Below the pieces are notes generated by a model. It had not been told where the DNA came from, made no database searches, and saw only the letters and a list, made by a program, of their open reading frames with translations. Shown here one piece after another: positions 9,181-18,684 of a DNA stretch of 64,000 bases. The stretch lies in the IMG/VR virus record IMGVR_UViG_3300033994_001756, positions 108,254-172,253 of that record. One strand, 5' to 3'. A program made the translations under genes and the position numbers. Position 1 is the first letter of the stretch, and every line of letters starts with the position of its first letter. The stretch is from a virus.

Positions 9181-9740
9181 GAAGAGAAGTATCAGCTAGA
9201 ACAAAAAATACGTCACCACTTAATATATTTGAACAGGTAGATGAAATAGCAAATAAAAAACGAAAAGGATTTCATGTCCTATCATATAGTTGGTATAAAG
9301 ATACTGTTGCTGAAGTTGCTAGAAAGAATGATATTTACAAAACATTAGTTACGCTTGATGAAACTCTCATTCCTTCTGGGGGAAATCTGTATTTGTTTGA
9401 GTATAAAGCAACTTGGGCTAGAAAACTTCCATATTATGATGAGTTTCCTTTAGTGTACATGTTACAGGGTGGGAGGAAATTTTTTGGAGCTAATCTTCAC
9501 TATTTAAATTATCCAACACGTTATAAAGTTCTACAGAGTATTATAGATGGACGACCAACAATTCCTAAGCAGTGCTTTCATAATTATGTTTATGAAGGTC
9601 TTGATACACCACTATTTAAAATAAATAGTGACGACTGGATGAAATCTATTTTTCTACCACTTGAAAGTTTTGTAAGTAGACAAGCAGGTTCATATAAGCA
9701 AGTTAGTAAATCCTTTGTCTGGGGAGACAGCCGTAAATGA
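9177..9740 (+). CDS. gp2: DNA end-protector protein gp2
   Basis: LPYYDEFPLV and GANLHYL motifs; follows gp4. Confidence 0.85.
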   Translation: MRREVSARTKNTSPLNIFEQVDEIANKKRKGFHVLSYSWYKDTVAEVARKNDIYKTLVTLDETLIPSGGNLYLFEYKATWARKLPYYDEFPLVYMLQGGRKFFGANLHYLNYPTRYKVLQSIIDGRPTIPKQCFHNYVYEGLDTPLFKINSDDWMKSIFLPLESFVSRQAGSYKQVSKSFVWGDSRK

Positions 9741-10570
9741 GCATCAATACTACTCCTACAAATTTTAAAGAGTTCAAAGGTTTTGTACAAAAGCATGGCT
9801 TTTCATTAAGTAACTTTTATGATGTGCAATTTTATCTTAGTAATGATTCTAGTAACTCTCAACTATTAAAAAATATATTTAATCTTGGGATGTCTGGTAA
9901 TCCAAATAATACCAGTGCGTCTTTTATGGAAGGACTTTTAAGATTGTATGCGGATGAATGTTCTATTCCTGGATACTCAATTTCAACTGGAGATTATAGA
10001 ATAACCAATACTCCATCAATGAAATATGCATACGGTATAGTAAACAATGAAATCACAATATCATTTATTTTAGATGCAGATGCTGAGATCAGAAGAATAT
10101 TTGATGCCTGGGGTAATTATATTTACGGTAGTGTTTCATTGGCAGGAGGAGTTGTATCAAATACTAATTTGAATTTTACTACTAAAATAGATCTTGGAAG
10201 AACTAGATATCGTGATGATTATGTAACAGATATTGTTGTGGCTAAATTGGAAAGACATAGAAGCAGTAAGAAAAATACTAGACCACGAGTTACTAATATT
10301 GATTCACAACGTAACTTCTATGATAACAAACAAATTATACCAGATTATAATGGACCACTTCTTCCTGGATTTGGAAAACCATTTTACACATATTCAGTTA
10401 GGCTGAGGAATTGTTTTCCTACCACTATCTCTTCAATTCCATTGTCCAGTGGATCTTCTCAGTTAGTTAGAGTGCAGGTAACATTTGAATATGAACTTGC
10501 AGTGCCATCATCTCAAACTGCAGGTGGAAGTGTTCTGGAAGCATCAAACTGGTTACAGATAACTAACTAA
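9737..10570 (+). CDS. tail-tube-fold protein (gp54-like tail tube initiator)
   Basis: ECSIPG, IFDAW and NCFPTTISSIPLS...VTFEYE tube-protein motifs; lies between gp2 and gp26. Confidence 0.65.
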   Translation: MSINTTPTNFKEFKGFVQKHGFSLSNFYDVQFYLSNDSSNSQLLKNIFNLGMSGNPNNTSASFMEGLLRLYADECSIPGYSISTGDYRITNTPSMKYAYGIVNNEITISFILDADAEIRRIFDAWGNYIYGSVSLAGGVVSNTNLNFTTKIDLGRTRYRDDYVTDIVVAKLERHRSSKKNTRPRVTNIDSQRNFYDNKQIIPDYNGPLLPGFGKPFYTYSVRLRNCFPTTISSIPLSSGSSQLVRVQVTFEYELAVPSSQTAGGSVLEASNWLQITN

Positions 10571-10571
10571 C

Positions 10572-10578
10572 CTAAATA
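10572..10578 (+). promoter_or_regulatory. late promoter variant (CTAAATA) for gp26
   Basis: intergenic, 28 nt before the ATG. Confidence 0.65.
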
Positions 10579-10605
10579 AATTGAGATTATGTTATAGTAT
10601 ACACT

Positions 10606-11316
10606 ATGCCTTTACCTAAAATTGTAACTCCGACGTATGAATTGCGTTTACCATCAACTGATCAATTAATTAAATATAGACCATTTCTAGTAAAAGAAGA
10701 AAAAGTTCTTCTGATGGCGATGGAATCTGAAGATGAATCTCAGATGATTAATGCAGTGAAAACCATCCTAAGAAATTGCATTAACTCTAAAATTAAAGTT
10801 GATGACCTAGCAGTATTTGATATCGAATATTTGTTCCTCAATATTCGTGCTAAGTCTGTGGGAGAACAAATCGAACTCAACATCACTTGCCCAGATGATG
10901 GGGAAACTACAGTTCCACTAGAGATTAATGTTGAGGATATTCAGATTCAAAAGTCTGAAGATCATTCTAGAATTATTTCATTGAATGATACTATTTCTGT
11001 TGTAATGAAATACCCTAGTATGGAAATGTTTGTTAAGTCAAACTTTACAGCTAGTGTAAAAACTGAAGACGTATTTGAGATTGCTGCATCTTGCATTGAA
11101 CAAGTTGTAGAAGGGGAAGATGTTTATGAAACCAAGAGTTTCTCTAAAAAAGAAATTAACGATTTCCTTGATAGCTTAGATACTGCACAGTTTTTACTGA
11201 TTCAAAAATTCTTTGAGACTATGCCAAAGCTATCTCATACAGTTAAGGTTACTAACCCAGTAACAAATGTAGAAAGTGATGTGGTACTAGAAGGTCTTGC
11301 AGCTTTTTTCGCATAG
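10606..11316 (+). CDS. gp26: baseplate hub subunit/assembly protein gp26
   Basis: MPLPKI, YRPFLVKEEK, IRAKSVGE, FFETMPKL motifs; ends EGLAAFFA. Confidence 0.93.
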   Translation: MPLPKIVTPTYELRLPSTDQLIKYRPFLVKEEKVLLMAMESEDESQMINAVKTILRNCINSKIKVDDLAVFDIEYLFLNIRAKSVGEQIELNITCPDDGETTVPLEINVEDIQIQKSEDHSRIISLNDTISVVMKYPSMEMFVKSNFTASVKTEDVFEIAASCIEQVVEGEDVYETKSFSKKEINDFLDSLDTAQFLLIQKFFETMPKLSHTVKVTNPVTNVESDVVLEGLAAFFA

Positions 11317-11337
11317 CCCTAGCGCACGAATCGCTAG
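11304..11337 (+). promoter_or_regulatory. putative -1 ribosomal frameshift signal (slippery heptamer plus hairpin)
   Basis: T TTT TTC (11304-11310) in the gp26 frame, 8-nt spacer, then CTAGCG-7 nt-CGCTAG stem-loop (11319-11337). Confidence 0.7.
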
Positions 11338-11498
11338 AAAATTACTTTAGAATTAATTTTATATTACTTCAACATCATAAGTGGTCTCTTTCCGAAATTG
11401 AATGTATGTTACCATGGGAAAGAGAAATTTATGTTCAGATGTTAGTTGACTATATTGAAGAGGAAAATAATAGAAACAGAACAACAACATCGTTGTAG
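11304..11498 (+). CDS. gp51: baseplate hub assembly catalyst gp51 frame (no canonical start; probably reached by frameshift from gp26)
   Basis: -1 frame reads FFRIALAHESLENYFRINFILLQHHKWSLSEIECMLPWEREIYVQML...; open 11280-11498; missing from the ORF track. Confidence 0.85.
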   Translation, partial: FFRIALAHESLENYFRINFILLQHHKWSLSEIECMLPWEREIYVQMLVDYIEEENNRNRTTTSL

Positions 11499-11502
11499 TT
11501 AA

Positions 11503-14163
11503 ATGCCAGCCAGACAAACTCAGACATCATTTAGATCATTTTCTGAGTCACTCAGATCTAGAAGACTATCTCCAGTAAATCCATCTGCGATTACTGGAGG
11601 GAGAGTGTCTGGCGCAAATATTACAAAGAAAGAAGTAGAAGAATTCGGCCAGGTCAGAAAAATCCTTGGTGGATTATTAGCATTAGAGAAAAGATATTAT
11701 CAATTTTTAGGGGATAGGATTCTACATTTTGCTAAAGAAGACGAAAGAAATAAATTAAAGCAAGAAGAGTCTGAGCAAGAAAAGAAAAAGAAACTAGGAA
11801 AGGATAAAGAAAAGAACCCTGTTTTAGAAAAAGCAAAGTCTGATCTATCAATGATCGGAGGATTCTTCAAAAATCTTCTGAAGTTTTTCGTTGGGTATAA
11901 AGTTCTTGAGTGGGCATCCAAAAAAGAAAACATAAGCAAAATTCAAGACTTTGCCAATCTATTCATAACGTTATTTAAATTCATTAGTGCAGTCACCAAC
12001 TTTGGTGTTGATGTATTAATGAAAACTCTTACGGTTACTTCTAAAGTAATCAATGGAGTCTTTGATTTCATAGGAAAGGTAGCAGAATTTTTCAGCTTTA
12101 GTTGGCTGGGCGGTGGAGTAGAATGGCTATTATCCACCATTGAAAATGCTACTTCTGTTATTGCAAGTATTCCAAATGCAATTACATTAGCAGTAAAATT
12201 CATGACTGATTTGATTCCAAATTTCCTGGAATCAGTTTTAACCCAAGGACTATTTGGTAGCCAGAAAGAACTAGAAGGTCAGGCTGATCAAGCAGTAGAA
12301 GCAAAGAAACCAGCAGAACCACAGACTCCATCAACAGAATCTGATACTGGTAAAAAAGATCTAGGAGAAAAGGCAAAAGAATCACTTTCTAATATTGGAA
12401 AGAACATCCTGAAGACTCTGTTCCCAGGGATGGATGTTGCTGCGAATATTGGAGCCAAGATTGGTGGTTCTATTAAATCATTATTCAGTGGACCTAAAAC
12501 TCAAGAGTCTCTTCCTAAGTTAGCTAAGGGTGGTATCGTAACTAAACCAACTGAAGCGATTGTTGGTGAGGCAGGACCAGAAGCAATTCTTCCACTGGAT
12601 AAATTGGGATCATTTGGTATTGATGGCTTCAAGGCATCTACCAATAAGATGATTCCTAAATTCATGAAGCTATTGACTTTACCATTTAATATTGTTGGTG
12701 CAGGAATCGTAGCATTAATTTCATCTGCAGTATCTAAAATTCCTGGTGTAGGACAATTTATACTTCCACTGATTTCTAATATTGCATCTAGCTTTGGTTT
12801 GCCTGCAGGATTGGTTGCGGGAATGAGTAATTTTGTAGGTGGTGTTACATCTGCAATTTCTGGAGGACTTGGCAATGTAGCTGAATTATTTGGGAAGAAT
12901 GAAGTCAATATACGTCAGCAGAAAGGAGAAGAGTTTTCTCCAACCAATGATACTTCAGTTAAAGGATTACTTGGAAACATTCTTGGTGCTCTGATCAGCA
13001 AGCAAAAGAAAGCTGCCACCACACCTGGAACCACGCCTCCTCCACCCCCTTCCACCCCACCAGCCCCATCTGGAACCCCTTCTAGTGGCACTTCAGGGAG
13101 CACTCCTCCAGCTACTAAGCCGAGTTCCATATTCACGTATCCAACTCAAGGAGAGGGTGGTGTTCCTGGGCAAGGCGGTGGAGATAAAATTCCTGCATTG
13201 TTAGAACCTCAAGAGTATGTCCTGAATCGAAATGCTGTCAAGGGAATGGGTGGTCCAAAAGTATTAGATGCTATTAACTATGGAATGTATCCAAGATTTG
13301 GTAGTGGTGGTCCAAATGTTTCAACTAAAAAGTTTTTAAAGCTTGGTGGTGGATGGGCTCCTGTACCAGAAGATTCTTCTGGTGTATCGTTAGGCAGAGG
13401 AATGAGTTCACGACATGGCGGAACAGATATTCCAATGCCAGTAGGAACTCCGCTACTTGCACCTTTCGATGGAATGGTGAAAGAAACCGGAAAGAATCCT
13501 GATGGGTGGGGAAATTTCATGGTATTAAAAAGTTCCAATGGAGTTTATTCTCTGTTTGGACATGTAAGTGATTATTCTAAAAAGCAAGGTGAACAAATTA
13601 AAGCGGGTGAACAAGTTGCATTAAGTGGGCATCGACATGGAGGAGGAAGAAGTAGTGGACCACATTTACATTGGGAAATTGGTAGTTCTTGGAATGGAAC
13701 TATTGGTGGAAAGATAGATCCAATTAGTTGGTCCTCTGGCAAAGCTATTCCATCTGTAAGTGGAAAAACATCATCCAGAACTAATACAGACTCTCCTGAT
13801 GATTCCACAGAATCTACACCAACATTTACTGCTGAGATGGGAGCCAAAGCTGCTGAGCAGTTGGGCAAACTATTCCAGATGTTAAATGGTCCTGCACCCA
13901 CTACAGTCCCAGAAGTTACCACTCCGCAGACTCCTAAAATAACAACTGCAGTTTCTGGAAACTCCCAAAATCTACAGAGAGTTCAGAGAGAAAATCTAAA
14001 AGTTCAGGCTCAAGCTAAACAGCAAACTAAAGCTGGTGGTAATGTAATAACTCTAGGCGAGCCAAATAAAACTATTACAGAATCAAGATCTCAACCAATG
14101 ACATCTACATTAGGAGGCACAACTCCACCGAATTCATTAATCAATTATCCATTAGCACCATAA
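11503..14163 (+). CDS. tape-measure-like tail protein with M23 peptidase domain
   Basis: LAKGGIVTKPT...GEAGPEAILPL and GGGDKIPALLEPQEYVL tape-measure-type motifs; M23 motifs HGGTD and GPHLHWE. Confidence 0.75.
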   Translation: MPARQTQTSFRSFSESLRSRRLSPVNPSAITGGRVSGANITKKEVEEFGQVRKILGGLLALEKRYYQFLGDRILHFAKEDERNKLKQEESEQEKKKKLGKDKEKNPVLEKAKSDLSMIGGFFKNLLKFFVGYKVLEWASKKENISKIQDFANLFITLFKFISAVTNFGVDVLMKTLTVTSKVINGVFDFIGKVAEFFSFSWLGGGVEWLLSTIENATSVIASIPNAITLAVKFMTDLIPNFLESVLTQGLFGSQKELEGQADQAVEAKKPAEPQTPSTESDTGKKDLGEKAKESLSNIGKNILKTLFPGMDVAANIGAKIGGSIKSLFSGPKTQESLPKLAKGGIVTKPTEAIVGEAGPEAILPLDKLGSFGIDGFKASTNKMIPKFMKLLTLPFNIVGAGIVALISSAVSKIPGVGQFILPLISNIASSFGLPAGLVAGMSNFVGGVTSAISGGLGNVAELFGKNEVNIRQQKGEEFSPTNDTSVKGLLGNILGALISKQKKAATTPGTTPPPPPSTPPAPSGTPSSGTSGSTPPATKPSSIFTYPTQGEGGVPGQGGGDKIPALLEPQEYVLNRNAVKGMGGPKVLDAINYGMYPRFGSGGPNVSTKKFLKLGGGWAPVPEDSSGVSLGRGMSSRHGGTDIPMPVGTPLLAPFDGMVKETGKNPDGWGNFMVLKSSNGVYSLFGHVSDYSKKQGEQIKAGEQVALSGHRHGGGRSSGPHLHWEIGSSWNGTIGGKIDPISWSSGKAIPSVSGKTSSRTNTDSPDDSTESTPTFTAEMGAKAAEQLGKLFQMLNGPAPTTVPEVTTPQTPKITTAVSGNSQNLQRVQRENLKVQAQAKQQTKAGGNVITLGEPNKTITESRSQPMTSTLGGTTPPNSLINYPLAP

Positions 14164-14164
14164 A

Positions 14165-17143
14165 ATGGAAAACTTAACACCAGTTAGACCAGCTTCCATT
14201 ATAGGTAATAGTCGTCTAAGAGAAATCAAGACGATAAAGGGTATTGCACAAGATTTAGTAAAGCAGAAAAAACAGAATTTTGAATTGGAAAAAAAATTCT
14301 TCAAAATTCAAAAGGATACTATTGATAGAAATAAATTAAGAGACAAAGAAAGACTTCAGGAAGCAAAGAAACCAAAAAGAAAAGCTGGATTTGTTCGTGA
14401 AGAACTTAAAGATAAGTCTATAAAACTATTTGATTTGTTCAAGTTCTTTGTAGGATATAAAGTATTACAGTGGATGTCTCGCAAAGAGAATATTGAATCT
14501 ATTGGCGAAATCGCCAAAGCCATGAAAAATATTTTTAAGATTATAGATCATCTTGCTGGTATTGGAGTTGAAGGAGTTCTTGGTGGACTTCATAGTGTTC
14601 TATTTGGAAGCAACTTTTTAGAAAGATTTTTCGGAATATTTAAACTCATAGGTGGCTTTTTCATTATCAGGAGACTATTGTTTCCAGGTAAAATACTTAA
14701 AGACATTACTTGGATATTAAAGAATAGAAAGTCTATTGGTAAAGTATTCCAAGCATTAGGATCTGGAAAACTTAAAGAAGCTCTTGGAAGACTATTTAAA
14801 CTATTAACTCCAAATTTATATGTTGTATATACCAGAGGATTGACTGCAGGAGTTAAGCGAGTAATTCTTAAAGTATTTGGAAAGAATACTTTAAAACTCC
14901 TGACTAAGGTAGCTTCTAAAATTGGATTCAGAAGTGCAAAAGAGTTTGTAAAAAATACTGCAAAAAATATTGCCAAGCCTTTAACTAGAATACCTTTCAT
15001 TGGACCTATACTTGGCTTTGGATTAAATCTAATTTTTGGTGATCCACTAGACAAGGCTGCAGTCAAAGCAATTGGTGCTGGGATTGGAGCATGGCTAGGT
15101 GGTATTGTAATGGGCGCATTGGGAAGCATCGTTCCTGTTGCAGGAACTGCAGCTGGTGCTGGACTTGGTGCATTTGTTGGTGGATTTATTGGAGACTGGG
15201 TTGGTGATAAATTATACGGATTCTTTAAAGGATTCACCGCACCTAAAGAACCTGCACTTGCTGTTGGTGGTATTGTAACCAAGCCAACCAGGGCTTTGAT
15301 TGGTGAGGCTGGGCCAGAAGCAGTTATTCCGCTACCAAAAATTTATGATAGAACTATATTAAATGCTCCTATGGGTATAGTTGCATCTTCTATGATTGGG
15401 GGGATAGATGCAGTTATATCTTCATTGGGTCCTGTTGGCTTAACGATTAGACCATATGCATCTAGTTTACTAGCTCCATACAGAAGAGAGTTTGGATCTA
15501 CCAACTATGTGTTCACTTCTAATATTGGAGGTAAGACTACACCTTTAACTACTAAACTTCCAGAGCAAAATGACAACGAGGAAGTTGCTAAAATACTTGG
15601 TCTGAATAAAACCATTAATTTAATCAAGAAAAAGGAAACTGCAGAAGAGGCTAAAAAAGCCAGATACAATTCTGGGAATAGTGTTCGTGAAATTCTTGGA
15701 GATATTCTAAACAATATTATCAATCTAGACTTTACTAAAAAGTCTAAAAAGAAAACACGCCCAGGTGATACAACTAGAAATGGGGATATTGGTGAAGTTG
15801 GTGGGGAAGTAGATTTATCTGACGCTGACGATAGAACTTTATTAAAGCAACTAGCACTTGCAGAAGCTGCAGGTGAAGGTGTTGTTGGAATGGCATTGGT
15901 TGTCAATTCTGTGTTGAATAGAAAGCGAATTTTAGATGGTGGTGCTTCTCCTGGATTATTCCATGCAACTGATAAAACTATTCGTGGAATAATATACGCC
16001 AAAGACAGTGTTCAATATACTCCAGTTCAAAGTGGCACTATTAACAAGCAGTGGGGTGAAGGATCACTGAACCTTGCAGAGAAAGCTTTGCAAATGGGAA
16101 TGGATAAGTCTAAGTTGAGACAAGCATTGGAAGCTGAAGGAGTTAGTGAAAATAGTATAAAATTTCTAATCAATTCAACTGGATTTAGAAACTATGATGC
16201 AGGTGCAAGCAATGATAGATCTCAGAAGGTTAATGAGACTGTATATAAACGGCACACCTTTAATACTGCGGGTGTCCCTAAGATGCAACAAGGTGGTTTA
16301 GTTTCAAGAGGAGATATTACGAGTAAGTTTGGAAATAAAGAATCATTTAGAAAAAATTCTCATGAAGGAATTGATATTGCATTTCCATCTGGAACTCCTT
16401 TATCATTTACTTTAGGTGGAAAATTTCTTAAAGTTGCTAGAAGTTCCAGTAAAGAAAGAGAAGCAAATGGTGGCTATGGTCAATACATGGATCTTAAGTT
16501 ATCCGATGGAAAGATTGCCAGACTTGCACACCTAAGCTCTATCCCCAATTGGGTAAAGCAGGGTGGCGATTTCACACCAAATGCAATTGTTGCATTAAGT
16601 GGTGGCGCACCAGGAGCACCTGGCTCTGGTAGATCTGGTGGGCCACATTTACATTTAGAGCAACACACAACTCAAAAAGATTTAGCAGAGACTTTAAATG
16701 GTAAGGTTGATCCATTATCACAAGGTCTATTTGGATTATTGAGGAAAGGTGGTGCCCCTGGAAGTGCAACTAGTGGACCTGCTCAACCTTCACAATCTCC
16801 AGCTGCATCCCCGAATACAGTAAAAGAGTCGGAAGAATCTCAGCAAGAATCGCAACCGCCACCAATTAATTATGATGACATTGCTAAAAATCTAGGAGAA
16901 TTGTTCCAGATGTTAACTGGAACTCCAAAGACAAATGGTGCTCAGTTACAAAAAAATAGTATGGATTATGTCCAAGCATTCAAAGACTTCAAGCCAAATC
17001 CAGATACATATATTATGATGGGTGGAACTAATATAATTTCAAGTACTACATTGTTGACTCCAATTGAGCAACTAGATTATTCTTCTGGATCATTCTCAAG
17101 TATAGATAGCGCAACTGCGTTTAAACTCAACACAAGACTCTAA
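14165..17143 (+). CDS. tape-measure-like tail protein with SleB-like cell-wall hydrolase and M23 peptidase domains
   Basis: paralog of the preceding gene; AEAAGEGVVGMALVVNSVLNR (Hydrolase_2-like); HEGID and GPHLHLE (M23). Confidence 0.75.
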   Translation: MENLTPVRPASIIGNSRLREIKTIKGIAQDLVKQKKQNFELEKKFFKIQKDTIDRNKLRDKERLQEAKKPKRKAGFVREELKDKSIKLFDLFKFFVGYKVLQWMSRKENIESIGEIAKAMKNIFKIIDHLAGIGVEGVLGGLHSVLFGSNFLERFFGIFKLIGGFFIIRRLLFPGKILKDITWILKNRKSIGKVFQALGSGKLKEALGRLFKLLTPNLYVVYTRGLTAGVKRVILKVFGKNTLKLLTKVASKIGFRSAKEFVKNTAKNIAKPLTRIPFIGPILGFGLNLIFGDPLDKAAVKAIGAGIGAWLGGIVMGALGSIVPVAGTAAGAGLGAFVGGFIGDWVGDKLYGFFKGFTAPKEPALAVGGIVTKPTRALIGEAGPEAVIPLPKIYDRTILNAPMGIVASSMIGGIDAVISSLGPVGLTIRPYASSLLAPYRREFGSTNYVFTSNIGGKTTPLTTKLPEQNDNEEVAKILGLNKTINLIKKKETAEEAKKARYNSGNSVREILGDILNNIINLDFTKKSKKKTRPGDTTRNGDIGEVGGEVDLSDADDRTLLKQLALAEAAGEGVVGMALVVNSVLNRKRILDGGASPGLFHATDKTIRGIIYAKDSVQYTPVQSGTINKQWGEGSLNLAEKALQMGMDKSKLRQALEAEGVSENSIKFLINSTGFRNYDAGASNDRSQKVNETVYKRHTFNTAGVPKMQQGGLVSRGDITSKFGNKESFRKNSHEGIDIAFPSGTPLSFTLGGKFLKVARSSSKEREANGGYGQYMDLKLSDGKIARLAHLSSIPNWVKQGGDFTPNAIVALSGGAPGAPGSGRSGGPHLHLEQHTTQKDLAETLNGKVDPLSQGLFGLLRKGGAPGSATSGPAQPSQSPAASPNTVKESEESQQESQPPPINYDDIAKNLGELFQMLTGTPKTNGAQLQKNSMDYVQAFKDFKPNPDTYIMMGGTNIISSTTLLTPIEQLDYSSGSFSSIDSATAFKLNTRL

Positions 17144-18465
17144 TGAATCAACAATTTGCTGGAGATTTTTCTCTAAAAACAATAAAGTTATATCCACTTA
17201 CTGCAGTTAATGGAGATAAACGTCCGTTTATTGACATCAAAGAACTTGTTAAAGAAGTTACTTTTTACCAGAGTATTATATCCACTAGTTTATATTGTGA
17301 ACTTGTAGTTAATGATATTGGAGAAAACTTAATCGAAACTCTTCCCCTGATTGGACGAGAAAGAATTGAATTAAATATCTCAACTCCATATGCAAATTAT
17401 GATTTGAATTTTTACATTCATAAGATTGATGGTCGAGTAATGCAAGAGAAGAACCAAGTATATGTGGTTCATGCAATAAGTAAAGAAGCTTTAGACAACG
17501 AGTACACTAGAATTCGTGAACGAGTAAATGGAAAAAAAGCAGAAGTATTTCTAGAAGAAAAATTAAAAACCATAAGCCAAAAAGAGTTTAAAAAGAATGT
17601 AGATGATACATTATATCCTTTTGACATGTATGTTCCCAACTGGAGATTGTTTGATACTGCAATCTGGATGTCTCGCAGAAGTGTTCCAGTAAAAAATAAA
17701 TCTTCCGTGGGATATGTATTTTATGAAACCTTTGAGGGATATAATTTTAAATCTCTAGACGTATTATTTGATGCGGGTACATATCCAAATAACAAAACAA
17801 AATATGCGTTTGTTCAGGGAAATACATCTGCATCCAAGACTGAGTTGAATAACTATAGAATTATGAATTATTCATCTACAAAGGCATTTGATATTTTAGA
17901 TGACCTTCGTAATGGTGCATTTGCACATAATGCACTGTACGTAGATATCAACAATCGTAACTTTCAAAATTGGAGTACTAATGCCTCAACATACTGGAAA
18001 GATATGAGTCATCTTAATAAAATGACTCCATATCAAGATGAAGATTTGTTGAAGCGACCATCTAGATTAATCTATAGACCTACCACAAATTCTACATTTG
18101 GTTGGAAAGATTTATCCAATGAAGAAATTGAAAATTTAAACAACATAGATGAAGTAAATAAAAATTATGAGAAGTCAATTTACAGATATTACTTCTTGGA
18201 ATATAATAAATTAGAAATCGCTGTTCCTGGAGACTTAAAACTTCAACCAGGGTACGTAATCAATGTTTCTATTCCTTCTCCGAAGAGAACTAGCGATAAT
18301 AAAATAAAAGAAGATACTAGATTAAGTGGCAGATATATTGTTCATTCTGTTAAGCATACCATCCTAAATAGAACTGAACTTAGAACTATTGCTACATTAA
18401 CAAGAGATTCATTTGGTGGTAATGAAATCAAAAAAACTAATGTACCCAGCGGAGCAACATTCTAA
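17143..18465 (+). CDS. baseplate hub protein (gp27/GPD-like)
   Basis: LPLIGRERI, YVFYETFEGYNFKSLD, VPGD and SGRYIVHSVKH motifs; lies between the tape-measure-like genes and gp5. Confidence 0.7.
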   Translation: MNQQFAGDFSLKTIKLYPLTAVNGDKRPFIDIKELVKEVTFYQSIISTSLYCELVVNDIGENLIETLPLIGRERIELNISTPYANYDLNFYIHKIDGRVMQEKNQVYVVHAISKEALDNEYTRIRERVNGKKAEVFLEEKLKTISQKEFKKNVDDTLYPFDMYVPNWRLFDTAIWMSRRSVPVKNKSSVGYVFYETFEGYNFKSLDVLFDAGTYPNNKTKYAFVQGNTSASKTELNNYRIMNYSSTKAFDILDDLRNGAFAHNALYVDINNRNFQNWSTNASTYWKDMSHLNKMTPYQDEDLLKRPSRLIYRPTTNSTFGWKDLSNEEIENLNNIDEVNKNYEKSIYRYYFLEYNKLEIAVPGDLKLQPGYVINVSIPSPKRTSDNKIKEDTRLSGRYIVHSVKHTILNRTELRTIATLTRDSFGGNEIKKTNVPSGATF

Positions 18466-18681
18466 ATGGAACAAGATATAAATCAACACATCGATCGAAA
18501 TAAAGATCAACTAGAAGATTCAAATACTAGTTCTCAAAGACGTAGATTTTTAGAAAGCGAACTAGAGTCTCTAATTAAATATAAAGAAAATCACCCAACC
18601 AAAACAAAAGATCCTAGCCCACTAGATCTATTCTGCAACGAAAACCCAGAAGCTCCTGAATGTCGTATATACGAAGTGTAA
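18466..18681 (+). CDS. cp12: CP12 Calvin-cycle inhibitor
   Basis: C-terminal DPSPLDLFCNENPEAPECRIYE motif (C-x8-C); about 70 aa. Confidence 0.9.
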   Translation: MEQDINQHIDRNKDQLEDSNTSSQRRRFLESELESLIKYKENHPTKTKDPSPLDLFCNENPEAPECRIYEV

Positions 18682-18684
18682 TAC

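Noticed and set aside
13015-13115. C-rich tract as a G-quadruplex or regulatory element
   Set aside because: Fully explained by a Pro/Thr/Ser linker in the protein
14590-15282. 230-aa minus-strand ORF, and other antisense ORFs inside large genes
   Set aside because: Shadow frames of Gly/Ala/Thr-rich sense genes, with no motifs or expression signals
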